64,000 bases of DNA from Antedon mediterranea (lineage: Eukaryota > Animalia > Echinodermata): the NCBI RefSeq assembly GCF_964355755.1, contig NC_092680.1, positions 18,547,045-18,611,044 of the forward strand, in the 5' to 3' direction. Under the pieces are notes generated by a model. That model was not told where the DNA came from. It made no database searches and saw only the letters and a list, made by a program, of their open reading frames with translations. Made by a program: the position numbers and the translations under genes. Positions 12,301 to 26,000 of the stretch are shown piece by piece. Position 1 is the stretch's first letter; each line of letters starts with the position of its first letter.

Positions 12301-15300
12301 CAAAAGTAAAGTAGGCCAAAAGTCCTGTAGTCATAATAAACAGGTGTGAATCTAGGAAACAGAAATATAAAAATGGCTTTTTTTGTTGGGAAAAAACCAT
12401 TTACCTAAATTGGGGATCGGTTAAGACCTATTGTACGTCCCTAATCTTATGTCTATAATAATACTGAGGTTCACAGAGTTTCTTGCGTTTATAATCTGGT
12501 AGTACACTAAAATATAAACAGGACCTCCTACAGTATGGTAATGATATGACATCATCACGTCCATATATGACATCATCACGTCCATATATTACTCTACTGT
12601 AATGTCTATATAGCGGGACTTGCATAGTTTCTTGTAATAACCATAGTTAGCTTTGTGAGGCAAGCCACTTTTTTTAGAAAAGGAGCCATTATAAAATGTT
12701 TTTCAGAACTGTTCAGCACCTTCATCACACCATAAACCCACCTCCTTCCAAACCTCAATCTATACTTGATAGAAGTTAGGGCCTACCTTTCCACAAACTC
12801 CTTTAATCTTGTAGAGTGTATCAAGAGACTGCTGATGTTTTCCTGCATACTGCAGTAATTCTGCTTTTAAAACACGTAGTGAGAAGGGCACCATAGAACC
12901 TGGGAAAACATAGTATGATAATTATCAAAGAACATATTGTCAATACTTCTTATAATGTTGTATTTGTATGAGGTTAGAATACTTTGATCTTAATTTGTCT
13001 TTGGACTTTATGTTGTCTTAGTTAAATTTACAGTAAATAATGATCAAATTAAACCTTGTAATGAAATAAACTTTAAAAGTCAAGTTTAATAAATGTACAA
13101 TGCTGTTCGCATTGAATTTTTAAGGTTGGTTAAAGTAGCATGGTAAATCCTGAACAAATTTAATTGGGAAATTTGACCAAGAAGAAGTTACTAAAAGCAT
13201 TCACAGTCCTTTCTTAAGGCTTTGTCTACACTATCAAACTATATGTGACAACAAACATGTGATGTGCCCATATATGGACATGATGATGTCATATCAATTA
13301 TCACTACCGTATTTGGGCATATCACTACCGTATTTGGGCATATCACTACTATATTTGGGCATACCACTACCATATTTGGGCACATCACACTTTTTTGTCA
13401 AACTTATTGATAGTGTAGACAGAGCTTTATGGCAACAATGAGCCATCTTTACCTTTTCTTCCAGGATACAGATCTGGATAATATTCAAAGTACAAATCAG
13501 GCCTTTCAAAATCTCCAAATGCATTTGTTTCTGTTTCAGCAACGTTATATAGACGAAGCTTCATTAGTAATGCAATTCTGGTCAACCATACCTATGGGTT
13601 ACATGCAAAAATATCTCAATATTTAGGCCTATCAAACAATATCCATTTACATAGTTTATTAATCTGAGAATGACTAACAGTGCTTGGATTTCCAGCCATA
13701 TAGATGTTAAATGAAACCGAGTCCACGTTTACTCAAACTGAAAACTCCCTAAAACTTTGTTTACACTATCAAAGATGTGATGTGCCCATATATGGACATG
13801 ATTAAATCACTACCATATTTACACATCACATTTTCTTTGTCAAACTATTTTGATAGTGTAGACAGAGCTCAATAAATTAATGGGTATGTGACACCTTTTA
13901 GATATAAATTAATTTTCTAAACCAACATATTTTGGACCTATCGTTGGGTAGACTTTTAACATAGTCCTTTGTAAAGTAATTATGCCATGGGAGAATTGTG
14001 GGTATGTTATCAAATAATGACTTACTTGCAAAGACTGGGGTGATTGTTTACTTGGTAGTCCTACTTGACCAGCACCTTGACCATGGATGGCTAGAATTTG
14101 TGCAGTAAGGTCAACAGCTGCTCTCAAACAACCTTTGTCCTGAAAGTATAAGCAAATATTAAAATTTCTTTATTTTTAAAGAGGTAACCCTTCCAATTTA
14201 GCCCAGTGGGTTCATTTATATTTAGGGCCCTCTTTAATAAAATGAATTTACAATCTTATTGTACTATTATAGTAAAACTTCTCTAAGTGCTTTCATACAA
14301 TCTGTTTTTGAGTTGACCAATCAAAAGCAAAGCTTGAATAACCCATTACTTGTGATTTGTCAAATCACTTGCATTGCACTTACGTTCTTGCTTTGCATCG
14401 TATTGTAAAGCATTAAAGGAATTTAACATTGTCAAATGTTCAGCAATGGTTAGCAAGTATAATATACTAAGACATACCAACAATTGTTTTAAGCCCAATT
14501 CATCTTTGGAGACTTGGTTTGCAGTGAGTGAGGATCGTTTAGTACCTTCTATTTCACCCATGTATCGAACAACCAGTTCGAGAACCGGGTCACCCTATAA
14601 AAATTCGTAAAAGTTACGTTAGTGAGCTTTCGATTTGTGATGACCTAGAATCTTAGACTTGCCCCAAGTCTGTATTATCTTTTTTTTTTATTTATTTGTT
14701 TTTATTTCGACCGCGAATTTTGTCTGAAAATACACTACTAGAATCTATGCATTATGTCATTTTTCCAAACATCCCTGCTTGTGACATCTGTACACCCAAA
14801 AAAAGGTTTAAATGCACTGCGCCTATCTGTGGGAACTGAATCTACAGCTCTGTCTACACTATCAAACTGTGCCCATATATGGACATAATGATGTTATATC
14901 ACTAGCATATTTGGTCATATCACACTTTTTTTGTCAAACTAATTTGATAGTGTAGACAGATCTTAAGGTGATCACCTCTTACCAGATTCGACCAAATTGT
15001 GGTCTGAAAAGATGGACAAATTTGTCTTTAAACCAAACTTGTATAGTATATTTTTTTTTTATCAATTTAAGATATTTATGCTGTTTTTTTACTTCCTGCC
15101 TCTCATCATTGCTCGGAGATCCATTAAACATTGTTTTTTACGCTTTTGTGGGACGGTGGAGGGTAAGCATGTTAATCCAGTTTCTTGTAATTTTAACATT
15201 AACATGGCTAAATAAATGAAATGCGGTGGTTTAGTTGTAGTCACAATGTTCTCCAATGTTAAATGGCCTGTAAATACATAATTACTGTACATTAAACTTA

Positions 15301-16541
15301 TTATGAATAGTGTGAAAGGTCATTATTCCACTTACCAAAAAATGTTCTAGACTAACACCAGGCATCGTCATATGGTTTTTGTCAATGAACTCTGACCCTT
15401 GTGGAGATGTCATTCGTGCAATGAGAACTTGTCTGGTTTTTTCGCTCGGTATCCAAGCATTGTGACGACGATCACTATCACCTCCACTGATGGCGGCAGT
15501 GAAGATGTCATCTTGATCACCAGAAGCACTTTGCAGAAATGGAATTGTTGTTGGACTTTGTTGGAATATATTTGGCCGGTGTTGTTCTACTACTGGTTTT
15601 GAAAGAGTTTCTGGTTTTGAAAGAGATTCTGGTTCTTTTAAATCTTTATCTCCTTTTTGAAAAGTATTTGATTTTGAGGTGTCAGAGATTGGTTTATCTG
15701 AACTTGAGTCATCGGGAATCGGGTCATCAGGACTCTGCTCATCAGGACTTAACTCAGAAATAGTTGTAGCATCAGGAGTTGTGGCAAGACTTCCCTTTTG
15801 AGGACTTGATAAGTCAATCTGAAAACCATCATCTTTGCTATCATTTTCAATATTTTCAAATAAAACAGCAGATTTATCCTCCTCTAGTGGAATAGATGCT
15901 GCATCTCCCGTCTCATCAGGCTTTGATGACTTCACAGGCGAAAGTGGAGATTCCAAAGAACTTGGTGGCGTGGAATAGTCATAAGACATAAAAGAATCAA
16001 AAAAAGTTTTTCCTTCTGCATCAGTACCTTTAACATCTTCTTTAAAAAAGTTACTAACACTTGGTTGGCGTGGAATCACACCTTCTGTGTCACCCTCACC
16101 AGTAAACATCCTTCCGGTACCTTCCATTGTCTGCATCCATGTCATCTGACTCTCTGGGCTGCCAATCGGCTGCGACTGGAATCCCTCCTCAGCACAATCT
16201 TGGATTACAATCGGAGCCGGTTTATACAGCTTTGTCGATTCTGGTTCTGACAGTGGACTACTCTCATCAGATAGTGAAATGCTCTCTGTCATTGGAGAAT
16301 TTGCATCAAGAAGTAAATCTTGAGCTTCTGTCAATTGATCATCCACATTGTGTACCTTAACATCTATTTTATGTTTACTTGTGATGCCGCCATCAAATTC
16401 TTCAGTTTTGCCATCAAGTAGAGACTTTTGTAATGGTTCGTCTAATGGTACATTTTCACTGTCATCATTGCTGGGAGAACTTTCTTTCTCATCAAGGAGC
16501 TCATTGGTGAGATCTGCACTTTCTCTTATTTCAGATTCCAT
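9336..16541 (-). CDS. TRAPPC12: Trafficking protein particle complex subunit 12 (TPR protein)
   Basis: Exons 16541-15336, 14594-14478, 14139-14026, 13591-13453, 12899-12787, 12254-12182, 11871-11798, 11168-11070, 10496-10402, 10083-9996 and 9578-9336, all GT-AG and phase-consistent. Acidic N-terminus; motifs [46 protein letters not shown] and LLFNLCTLYELESSRS. Confidence 0.95.
10536..10830. mobile_element. MITE family B variant (TIR AAAGCGTGGTTCCCACTAG-like)
   Basis: aaagtgtggttcccgctagaatgca ... tgcgttctagttggaaccacgcttt inverted ends. Confidence 0.65.
11194..11634. repeat. 20-bp AT-rich tandem array (ATGTTTTTAAATAAATAAAT)n, about 22 copies
   Basis: Near-perfect period-20 repeat in a TRAPPC12 intron. 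Confidence 0.97.
13216..13428. mobile_element. MITE family A copy with internal 21-bp repeats (ATCACTACCGTATTTGGGCAT)
   Basis: TIRs ggctttgtctacactatcaa / ttgatagtgtagacagagc; internal tandem units. Confidence 0.8.
13751..13870. mobile_element. MITE family A copy
   Basis: Degenerate left TIR and tttgatagtgtagacagagct right TIR. Confidence 0.7.
14846..14963. mobile_element. MITE family A copy
   Basis: agctctgtctacactatcaaa ... tttgatagtgtagacagatct. Confidence 0.75.
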
Positions 16542-18482
16542 GCCTTCTTTTATTCAATTCTACATATAAATGAAGAGTACAGCATGTGTTATAGTGTAAT
16601 ATAATAATGTTTTTTAGATTGGCGGTTTTCGATGGTTTCGAATCCAGGACCAAATCTATGGGAGCACTGACTGCTCAACCATCTGACTGGCTTATGATGA
16701 AATGATGTCATATACTGTATAACCTATTAGTATTAGCAATTGAAAAACAAAAACTGGAATTGCTGTGCCATGCAGCTAGTATGCGCCGCTAGTATTGTCA
16801 TTGACTCACAAAATAAATTTTTTAAATACCTTAATTAAAATAAATTGCAGTTACAATACCTGCTGCAGCCTCAAGCAAAACAAGGCTCTAGATCATGCTT
16901 AGACCTAGTTACACTCTATAGCTACGACATTATATGCCTAGTTACAGGCCTGCAGTAGCTTAGTTTAGAGCAGGCCTAGGCCTAGCCTAGTCTAGCTAGA
17001 GGCCGCCCTGCTGCTGGGCCTAAGAAGGAGGCTAGGCCGCCTAGCCTAGCTTGACGAAAAGCCTTTTTAGGAGGCCTACTAGCCTCTACTACTAGCCTAC
17101 TACCACTAGCCTAACTGGTTAACCTAAAAAAACTGCATAATTAATAAGGCGTAACCTATAAGAGTTAAATTACAATATTTAGTGGTTAGAATACATCCTT
17201 TTTTAACTTAATAATAATAATAATAATAATAACTGGTTTGTTGGCTATGCTGCCCTCTAGAGTAAACAAACTCTCAAGATCTTGTCTCGGATCAAATCAA
17301 TTCACCTTCGATCTTTTTTTTAAAGTACAAAATAAAAACATCAAAAACAAGAAGGCTTGAATGTCGTCAATCCAATCTTTTATTTATTTTAATTCTGAAA
17401 ACTTCATATTACCAGGAAAGAGTGAGATAATTACAATACCTCATGATACTTAGCATCAAATGTTTTGTTTTCAAGAATGTAAACATTGTTTTGTATTTGT
17501 GACGTTCTTAGATATTGAGTAAAAAAAAAAGTTTTTACGAACATTTCCGGTCCACGAGCGAAAGAATATGCAAAAAGTGACGACGACTAGAGCAACAAAT
17601 CCGCTGTCACAACCCCGGCTGAGGCCATGGAGCGATATAATCGGATTTCCATAATCTAGTTAATTGCAAACACATGTGAGCCGTTTTTTTATTCTTCTAT
17701 AGTGGATATACTTTACCTTTTTGTTTCAATGCGCTGCCAGCGCCGCCTAGTTGAAGGTTCTTCACAAATATGTTTTTGTAAGATTGCAATCCAAATGACC
17801 ATCCGGATTATAAGAAATGGTCTTTGTGGTTCTGTGTGGAGGTTTTTTGGCATATTAGATTTCTTATATTATTACTAATTCGTTTTCTACATAATGCAAA
17901 AACGCCTGTAGCCTACAGGTTGGCTAGTAATATTATAAAAAGCATATTTTTAAACTGTAGGTCCTATTTAATGAATGTAAAAGTATTTTATTTATAGTAT
18001 TTTTGTAGTGTTATCGTTTCATTTATATAGAAATATTCCCTGATTTCACTTTGTTCCTCAGGGCCCACCTCAGGATCTTCGGAGGTTGTATTGTGTAATT
18101 TTAGACTGACCTGTGAATAAGAAAGTTGACATAACACAGATATTACAATAGATTATTTCTGAGTACATAGTATAAAGTTCTTGGCTCTCTCAACAAACTT
18201 TTCAGCTCTCAAGACAATGTACAAATCCTGTTTTCCAATCTCAAATGAATAGGGGTGGTCACTTTTAACGGCCGGTTAGGCATCTTATATTTATTATTTA
18301 AATTAGCTTGGCATCATACGACGTTAAGTCATATCCTTTAAAAGAAAAAAAAGATCAGCCATGCACAACGATTTAGTGTAAAAAAACATCTGTAGTGAGG
18401 AGACCTCCAGGCTGCATAATACAGTATATTGGCTCTGTTTGAAATTCTGCTGTTCCTGTCATTAAAAGTAAAGACATTCAAC

Positions 18483-18833
18483 ATGGTAGACGTAGAGAAT
18501 GCACCACGATTTAGCATTGCTGACTATTTAGTGTTCATATCAATGCTGATTGTATCTGCTGGTATTGGTGTTTACCATGCTCTTACTGGGGGTAAACAGA
18601 AGACAACCAACGAATTTCTTTTGGCCAACCAAAACATGAATCCGATTCCTGTTGGATGTTCCCTGGTGGCGAGTTTCATATCGGCCATTACATTTCTTGG
18701 AACGCCTGCTGAAAATTATATATATGGACCAATGTTTATGCTATATGGTTTCAGCTATGTATTTACAGGATTTGCAACTGCCTATATGTTTATGCCTGTA
18801 TTCTATAGGCTGAATGTTACAAGTGCATACGAG
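18483..18833 (+). CDS. SLC5 symporter, alternative first coding exon 1a (117 aa)
   Basis: ATG at 18483; MVDVENAPRFSIADY...[20 protein letters not shown]...VTSAYE followed by a phase-0 donor GAG|GTAAGC; 351 nt, no stops. No downstream SLC5 exon lies between this and exon 1b. Confidence 0.85.
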
Positions 18834-18871
18834 GTAAGCTCTCATCTGATAATAAATTATAGATGTCTGCG

Positions 18872-18909
18872 CAGGGAGATGTAAAATAAATTTATTTTAC
18901 ATCTCCCTG
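18872..18909. mobile_element. 38-bp perfect palindrome with 7-bp TSD (P-element-type footprint)
   Basis: GTCTGCG|CAGGGAGATGTAAAATAAA-TTTATTTTACATCTCCCTG|GTCTGCG. Confidence 0.65.
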
Positions 18910-19547
18910 GTCTGCGCAACTATTTTCCATCCCGTTTTTAAACAATAAGTTGTACTTATCTGATTACGAATTCCTAGTTCAAATTCATTAATGGGACAGT
19001 CACAACTGTTTTTAAATAGGCCTTAGGCCTAGTATTAGATGTTAATAACTTTCTAAAGTATATGCCTAATGGTTTTGTTTGAGGGCGTATATGCAAAAAA
19101 AAGTTTGCGTAACTACATAAAGGTTTGGAAACGGTAGATCAGAGTAGGTCAAGGGTCATCTTATTTTGAAAATCATAAGTAGGTCAAGTGTTATGTGTGG
19201 GTGTGGCTCGAGATCAGAATATTCTTTACTCCATGATCAGAATAACGAATGTATACAGTCAATAGACAATTTTCAGCTGTTTTTCAGCATGTCGTGTGTG
19301 GCCGCCGTACTGTACCGGGGGTATTGATCTATTTTGAGTGACTTTCAGATCTCTATCTCTAAAATAGTGTTTTTCTCAGTTTTTAAAAATAAAGGAAACG
19401 GTTGCCACCCGCCTTCTGTCTTCTTGGGTTCATTTCAGCCGCATAGGCCTACTAATCTAACTTGATTGAATTAAAAGAGTCGTGTCAAATTAATTCGATA
19501 GAGTGAACACATTTTTATAAAAATGGAAGCGTGGGCCTAATATGATC

Positions 19548-19688
19548 CAGTGGCGGATCCCACCTCTCCAACCCCCCCCCCCCCCCCCCCCACGCCCCGC
19601 CTATAAATCTGGAGAAAAATTTATCCTACCATAAGGGAAAAAAAATTATCCTACCCATAAGGAAAAACAATTTGAGGATCCGCCCCTG
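19548..19688. mobile_element. hAT-like MITE with 5-bp TSD
   Basis: TGATC|CAGTGGCGGATCC ... GGATCCGCCCCTG|TGATC; internal poly-C. Confidence 0.7.
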
Positions 19689-20039
19689 TGATCCAGCTGA
19701 TTTTGTTTTCGTTTCATAGATTATTGTTTACATTAATTTGTTATTACTGTATACTACCAAAGTACCCGAATCTGAAACTTCCCAGTTACAATTCCGGTCA
19801 TTTTTTCAGATGTGCATGGATTTTACAACTTTGTATCAATCGAACAAACGCACAAATACAACGCTCTTTCTTTTTCATTTGAGTTCGCAAGTGATACACG
19901 CCCCCTATAATGATCTGACCTTGAACAAAGCGTCATCTAGGGAGGGACGCGTTTATTATGTAAACGGTTTCACTTTACTTTACACTGTCATTCAGATCGG
20001 CATCATTTCAAGTAACTTGCAGTGCATCTGAAGAACAAA

Positions 20040-23000
20040 ATGGACGAAGAAAGTATAAAAAGACAATTTGAAGTTGCCGACTATGTGGTTTTAACGGCCA
20101 TGTTGGCAATTTCAATGAGCATCGGTTTATTTTATGGATGCACCGGAGGAAAGCAGCAAACTACCAATGAATTCCTGATGGCGAATAGGAATATGAATCC
20201 ATTCCCGGTTGGAATATCTTTGGTGGCCAGTTTTATATCCGCAATAACAGTACTGGGTACTCCAGCAGAAAACTATGTATATGGGTGTATGTACTGGATG
20301 TTCGCGTTTGCATACATCTTAACTGGTCTTGCTTCGGCTTATTTTTTTCTTCCAGTTTTTTACAATCTTCGAGTTACAAGTGCCTACGAGGTAGGTTGTA
20401 TCATTTACACTCATTGTTACATAGCAAATGTGTTTAGTGTTTACTTATCTACAATTATGGAATTATGGAATTCACTCCCCTATTTTGTTCAAAGCTCAAA
20501 AGGTTATTTTTGTGAAATTCTTAGATTAAGAGAAATTGAATTTGCTATTTGTTTGTGTATTATGTTTAAGTAATTGTGGTTTTCCTTGTTTATTCTGTTA
20601 TATTTGTTTAGGACCACAATGGAAATAAGTTTGCCGTCTCGGTACTTTTTTGTGTTTTGTTTGTGTTTGTTTTCACTTTTGTGTACTTTACTTTTTGGGA
20701 CGGTGTATTTCAGTTTTCTTTTGCAGAAAGTTATAGTAAAGTATGACATTTTAGGAGTAGAGGCCTATAAAATAGCATCTATATTTTATTGATAACTTCG
20801 TCCGGAACAGAGTTACATACATACGTGTTGATTATCTTGTTATGAATGAATAATAGAGACAAGCACCATTATTTTCACTTGTTTTGTGGACGAAATAAGT
20901 TATCTTAGGAAAACGAGCAGATAAGTTTTGAATGATGTCTAACGTCTATTCTTATTGAACTTTTAATTTATATATCGGACTTTTAATTTCTCCTATTTGA
21001 TTTTGTAACTTTATTTTAATACATGTTTTATATTTACTGACTGTATTATTCATCCTGTAATGACTGAAGTCTGTTTCATGTTATGGTCACTACAATGGAG
21101 TGACCAATCCCACTTTCCAATTGGTGGAAAAACAAAAACATTCCCCTATGACTGCTGAGGTTACATAATTACATCTCAGGTAGTTGGTTTTATTTTATAT
21201 TTTTGTATCACATTCAACTACGTTTGGCTTGCAATAAATGAACGGATATATACTCAAAATTAGGTGTCTTTTGTGTCAACTATACACATCCAAAGATGTG
21301 TGGGTGTTGGACGGTCATCAAAAAGATTAGGTTCCTGGGTTTACCTTTCAGATGTACTTTTAATGGTTTTGGATCGATAGCATGTTGACTGACAGCCAAA
21401 AAGAGCAATCTTTTCCGTGTGGTTTTGTCCTGGAGATTGGCTAAATCTATTGTAAACAATTTTAACTGACACTTCGAAGGTCACGCTTTTGTTGTTAAAT
21501 AAAAGAATTACGAGTGTCTTTGAGAAAGAAAACTTGATGTATCCCATATTCTATCATTTAATTAGCTTTCTTAATCATTAATACAATTTTTTTCCCTGAA
21601 AAAGCTGTAATTTAATGCAAACAATTGTCAAATTGGCTGCCAGCTAACCATTTATTTTGTCATTTTATAAGTGAAAACATTTTTTTATAGATGTATTGTC
21701 CCCCCAAAAACATGAACATTTAAGATTAATTAAATCAAACTTTGAATATGCCCATAGTCTTAACAAAGGTAATCACTTCCGTAGAAAAAGAAAACCGAAA
21801 AAAAATGTTTTCACTTATAAAAATGACAAAATAAATGGTTAGCTGGCAGCCAATTTGACAATTGTTTGCATTAAATTACAGCTTTTTCAGGGAAAAATTT
21901 TTTCCGATCCAATTTGTTGTCAAAATGAATAACTGTGTGACAAGCTAGTACAGTAAACTGTGTGTTGATTATCTTTACCAATATATTATCTTGCTACTAT
22001 TTCGACTCTGTTATCGTTATTCACTTCGTGCCCATTGACACATGTACGGCCATAACATTATCTCCATCTCTCCCACTGCGTCTTCCTTCATCCCATTCCT
22101 ATCCCTCCCCTCCCTGTGAGTCAGTTGTTCATCTCCGTGTCAACTTTGGTATAGGTTTGCCTCTGTTTCTCTATTTATTTCTACTGGTTTCCATAGCACA
22201 TGTCCGAACCATTTCCATCTCCTCATGTGTGATTTCGTGCAGTAGCTGGTTTTATTGAAATGAGTGTTGGTGTAGCTCTAAAGTTACTTAGGGCCTATAT
22301 GTTGGAATTATTCTTTTAAGTTAAAGAAAAAGTGTCGATAAGTTTCACTTAATTTTATTTTACTTGGCTTAAAAATATTTATTTTTAACATAGGCCTATA
22401 TATGATGGATTTCTCCATGCAAAATCACACAGTGTTCATACCTTCGAAATGTTGCCAATATTATTATTTATAAAGAACTATCGTTAATTAAGCAATTATT
22501 ACGCTCGTATAAGTTCATAAACGGTTCTTTTTATTTAAGCAAATTTAGCATAAAAATTAATATAGGTGAGTGATTGGCCACGATCGAATGCGTTCTCTCG
22601 ACAGTGTTGACAATTGTCTGTTGCTACTCCCGTGGTCGACACTAAAGCTCTGTCCACACTATCAAACTAGTTTGACCATGGAGGTACGTATACCTCCATG
22701 GTTTGACAAAAGAAGTGTGACGTGCCCAAATATGGTTAGTGATATGACATCATCATTTCCATATATGGACAATATATATTTTTTGTCACATAAAGTGTTA
22801 TATTGTGTAGACAGAGCTTTAGTACATTTAAAGAACGAATAGAGTTTGGTCTAAAGATATTCTTCGCTCCATTTAGGCCTATGAACACCGTCTTTAATTC
22901 ATATGCCTTTGTAAATACATTTCTTTATACAGGTACATTTTCTTTATTGTTAACTTTGTTAAGCGTGGTTCCCACTGGCGACGCAACACAAGGACGTAAC

Positions 23001-26000
23001 GCAACGCAAGTGAATTGACCAATCACAAGATGGCTTATTCGCTTGTGATTGCTAACTGTCTATAACTTTGCTTGTCATTGGTTAAAACGCTTCCGTTGCG
23101 TTTACGTCCTTGCGTTACGTTCTAGTGGGAACCAAGCTTTAACAGTATACAGTAGTAGTATAGTACTGTAAGTTACAGTACATCATACCTTTAAGGGGCA
23201 ACTTTCGTTGCTGTTGGTTTTGAAGAAATAAAATAAAAATCTGTAGTAGTAGTATAGTTAATACAAGTACAGTAGCAATAAATAAGTTTCGTTAGAAAGT
23301 TCTTCCCTCTTTTTTTTTATTAATCCTCACTGACCTGAATCATATATAACTGACCTCGATCATATTACTGACCTGGATCAAGTACATACGTATAATATAT
23401 GAGTGTAAACGGAAACATGTATTGTTGTCCCCTCTCCGAACCCTAACAGAATAATCGTCACAAACCTACACACATCTGGTTCACGATCGAAACAAAATGT
23501 CTTTGTTATCTACTCATTGGTTACGGTGGTACTTCTTCTTCGTCAGTGTAGGCCTAATCATCGTTAACTACTCCATGTTTTTCCAACTCCTTGGTTAATT
23601 CTTCGTCAGTGGAATAATGGGTATCTACTCCATTTTTTCTTCTAACTGAGACTCATTGGTTTATTGGTTACTGATTCATGGATCATGTCTTTGTCAGTGT
23701 AACCATTGTTAACTACTCCATATTTTTCTTCCAATTCCTTGATTAATTCTTCGTCTCAGTACAATAATACTTAGTTATCAACTCCATGGCCTATCTTTCT
23801 TCTAACTCCTTGTTACTTCTTTATCAATCATGTCTACGTCAGTTCAAACATCGTTATCTAGTCGATAGTTTTTTATTCATAAAAAGAGAAACATTTAAAA
23901 AAAAAAACGAATATAGTATTTTTTTATTTTTTTTTATTAAACTTTGTTTAATGAGGGTGACTCAAAACAGCCGAGGCTGACATGCATGAGTTTCGTGTGT
24001 TTATCATGGAAGGTTAGAAGACTATATTGTTTTAATATGAAAAGTGTTAAAAGGTTAAAGCACATATCCGTATGAAAGGGCAAAAGAGCCGTATAGGCCT
24101 ACGTATGCTAAAGTGCAGTTATGTACCGTACGTAGATAAAGAAGCCGAGCGATATAATGTAAGAGCTAAACCACATGTTAAAAGAGCCGTACCATATGGT
24201 AAAAAAAACGAATTTTTAAAGAGCCGAAAAGGAGTAATGCTGTTCCATAGAAAATTGCCACCTTATTTTGACGATTGTTGCATAATGTGGGCACATGCAC
24301 ACTTTTTTTAATCGTCATTTTGGCTCATTTTCATGTTTTTTTTAAGAATGAGATCGGGGGAAATGATAACGAAATAATTATATTTCATCCCTATCCGTCC
24401 TAAATTAATAAATCAAGCCAGTCATCTTTTGTGTGTTATATAGTATGAAAGGTGATTTTTTTTTCGTTTTCAATTAAATCGTATAAACTACAGTAGGCCT
24501 ATATTTGTTCTTCTAGTATCTGGAGAAACGTTTTAGCAAAACAGTTCGTCTAATGGGAATGGTGACGTTCTCATTGCAAATGGTAAGTAAACGGTTTCAA
24601 TTCAAAAGACAAAAAGTCAAAAAAAACTGTAATGACAGAATAAAACTATTGAAAAAAGTAATGGACGAATTAAGGCAGGATCCCAAAAAAGATGAGAATC
24701 TTGTGGCGGGATTGACAAATTAATAATTAAATATATGAAAAAATGAATAATAAATAAATTAACTAATTAAAAAAAATGAAATTTAAAAAATAAATATTAT
24801 ACCAGTAGATAAAATTTGAAAAGGTAAAGTAAAAATAATGATCAGATAAAAGTACAGCTGCAGGGCATAGTAACGAATAAGATGACGAAATGAATAAATT
24901 AAATGAAATTACTCTAGCAAGTCACGGAACATGAAACAACGACCTTATCGAACATATCGATTTGTAGTAACGTGACAAAAAGTGATCTTTAATTTTCTTG
25001 GAGATTGAGTAGTAGTAGGTTTATATGGAGACTCGGAATAGGATCGTTAATGTACTTCAGTTAAAGTGTGGTTCCCACTAGCGACGCAACACAAGGACGT
25101 AACGCAACGCAAGTGAATTGACCAATCACAAGCGATGGCTTATTCGCTTGTGATTGCTAACTGTCTATAACTTCGCTTGTCATTGGTTAAAACGCTTGCG
25201 TTGCGTTTACGTCCTTGCGTTACGTTCTAGTGGGAACCAAGCTTTATGTACGCTTAACTTTGAAATCAAAAGGGCCAAGAGCCTATTCGTATTAATTAAA
25301 ACATGGAGTAATAATAATCACTCCATATATTACTCTATATTTGATCCAGGTTCTCTATTATTTACCATCCTGATAAACGTGACACGGTGCATAAAATCAA
25401 ATTAAATCGCGAAGTCAATGGGAGTTATGGCAACGGTAGAAAAAACACTTTGTTGTGTTATAAAATCTGCCTCAAGCGGTGATTTCCCATTTATATTTCA
25501 GTTTCAAATTATTTTGTCCTCAATGAAAATAGTTTAAACAAACATTACTTTGACGTCTTTTCTGGCGTTAAACAGGGAACGGATTGTAAACGAAATACCT
25601 GTAAGCTTATTTATAATCCAAGCAACGCGCGCCCTGCACCTGCCAGGCACCTTGAATTCGGTAACCCCGGGTTAGGAAACCATTTTTGAAAAATAGTGAT
25701 GGAATTCAGTTGCCTATTTTAATTGAGTATACCGCGGTAATAAATATTTTCCGAGGTAAATTTGTTCCAGTTTGGATGTTGTTAAAAGGGAATGCAAAGG
25801 CGCCAGTTTAAAGATGTATTGTCCCCAAGAACATGAACAATGAAAATTAATAAAATCAGACTTTGAATTTTGTAAGTTGATCACTAAGGTATAGGAAAAA
25901 AAACCCCAAAATAATGTTTTCACTTATATAAAAAGACAAAATAAACGGTTAAATTCAATCAAAATTTCGCAGTACAAAGTTTATTAAACCTTAAAATCCT

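Noticed and set aside
16615-16690. tRNA-like sequence upstream of the TRAPPC12 ATG exon
   Set aside because: Only degenerate A/B-box traces are present and the stems do not pair; probably an old SINE head.
18483-18884. Separate complete SLC5 paralogue upstream of the main gene
   Set aside because: No exon 2 or later homologue lies between 18833 and 20040, so it is treated as an alternative first exon.
19571-19591. Poly-C run (and poly-G at ~34124-34143) as a G-quadruplex regulatory element
   Set aside because: Homopolymers inside repeats; no evidence of function.
23490-23850. Degenerate ~60-100-bp repeats (CTACTCCAT...TTCTTCGTCAGTG)
   Set aside because: An old, decayed tandem repeat with no clear boundaries or coding signal.
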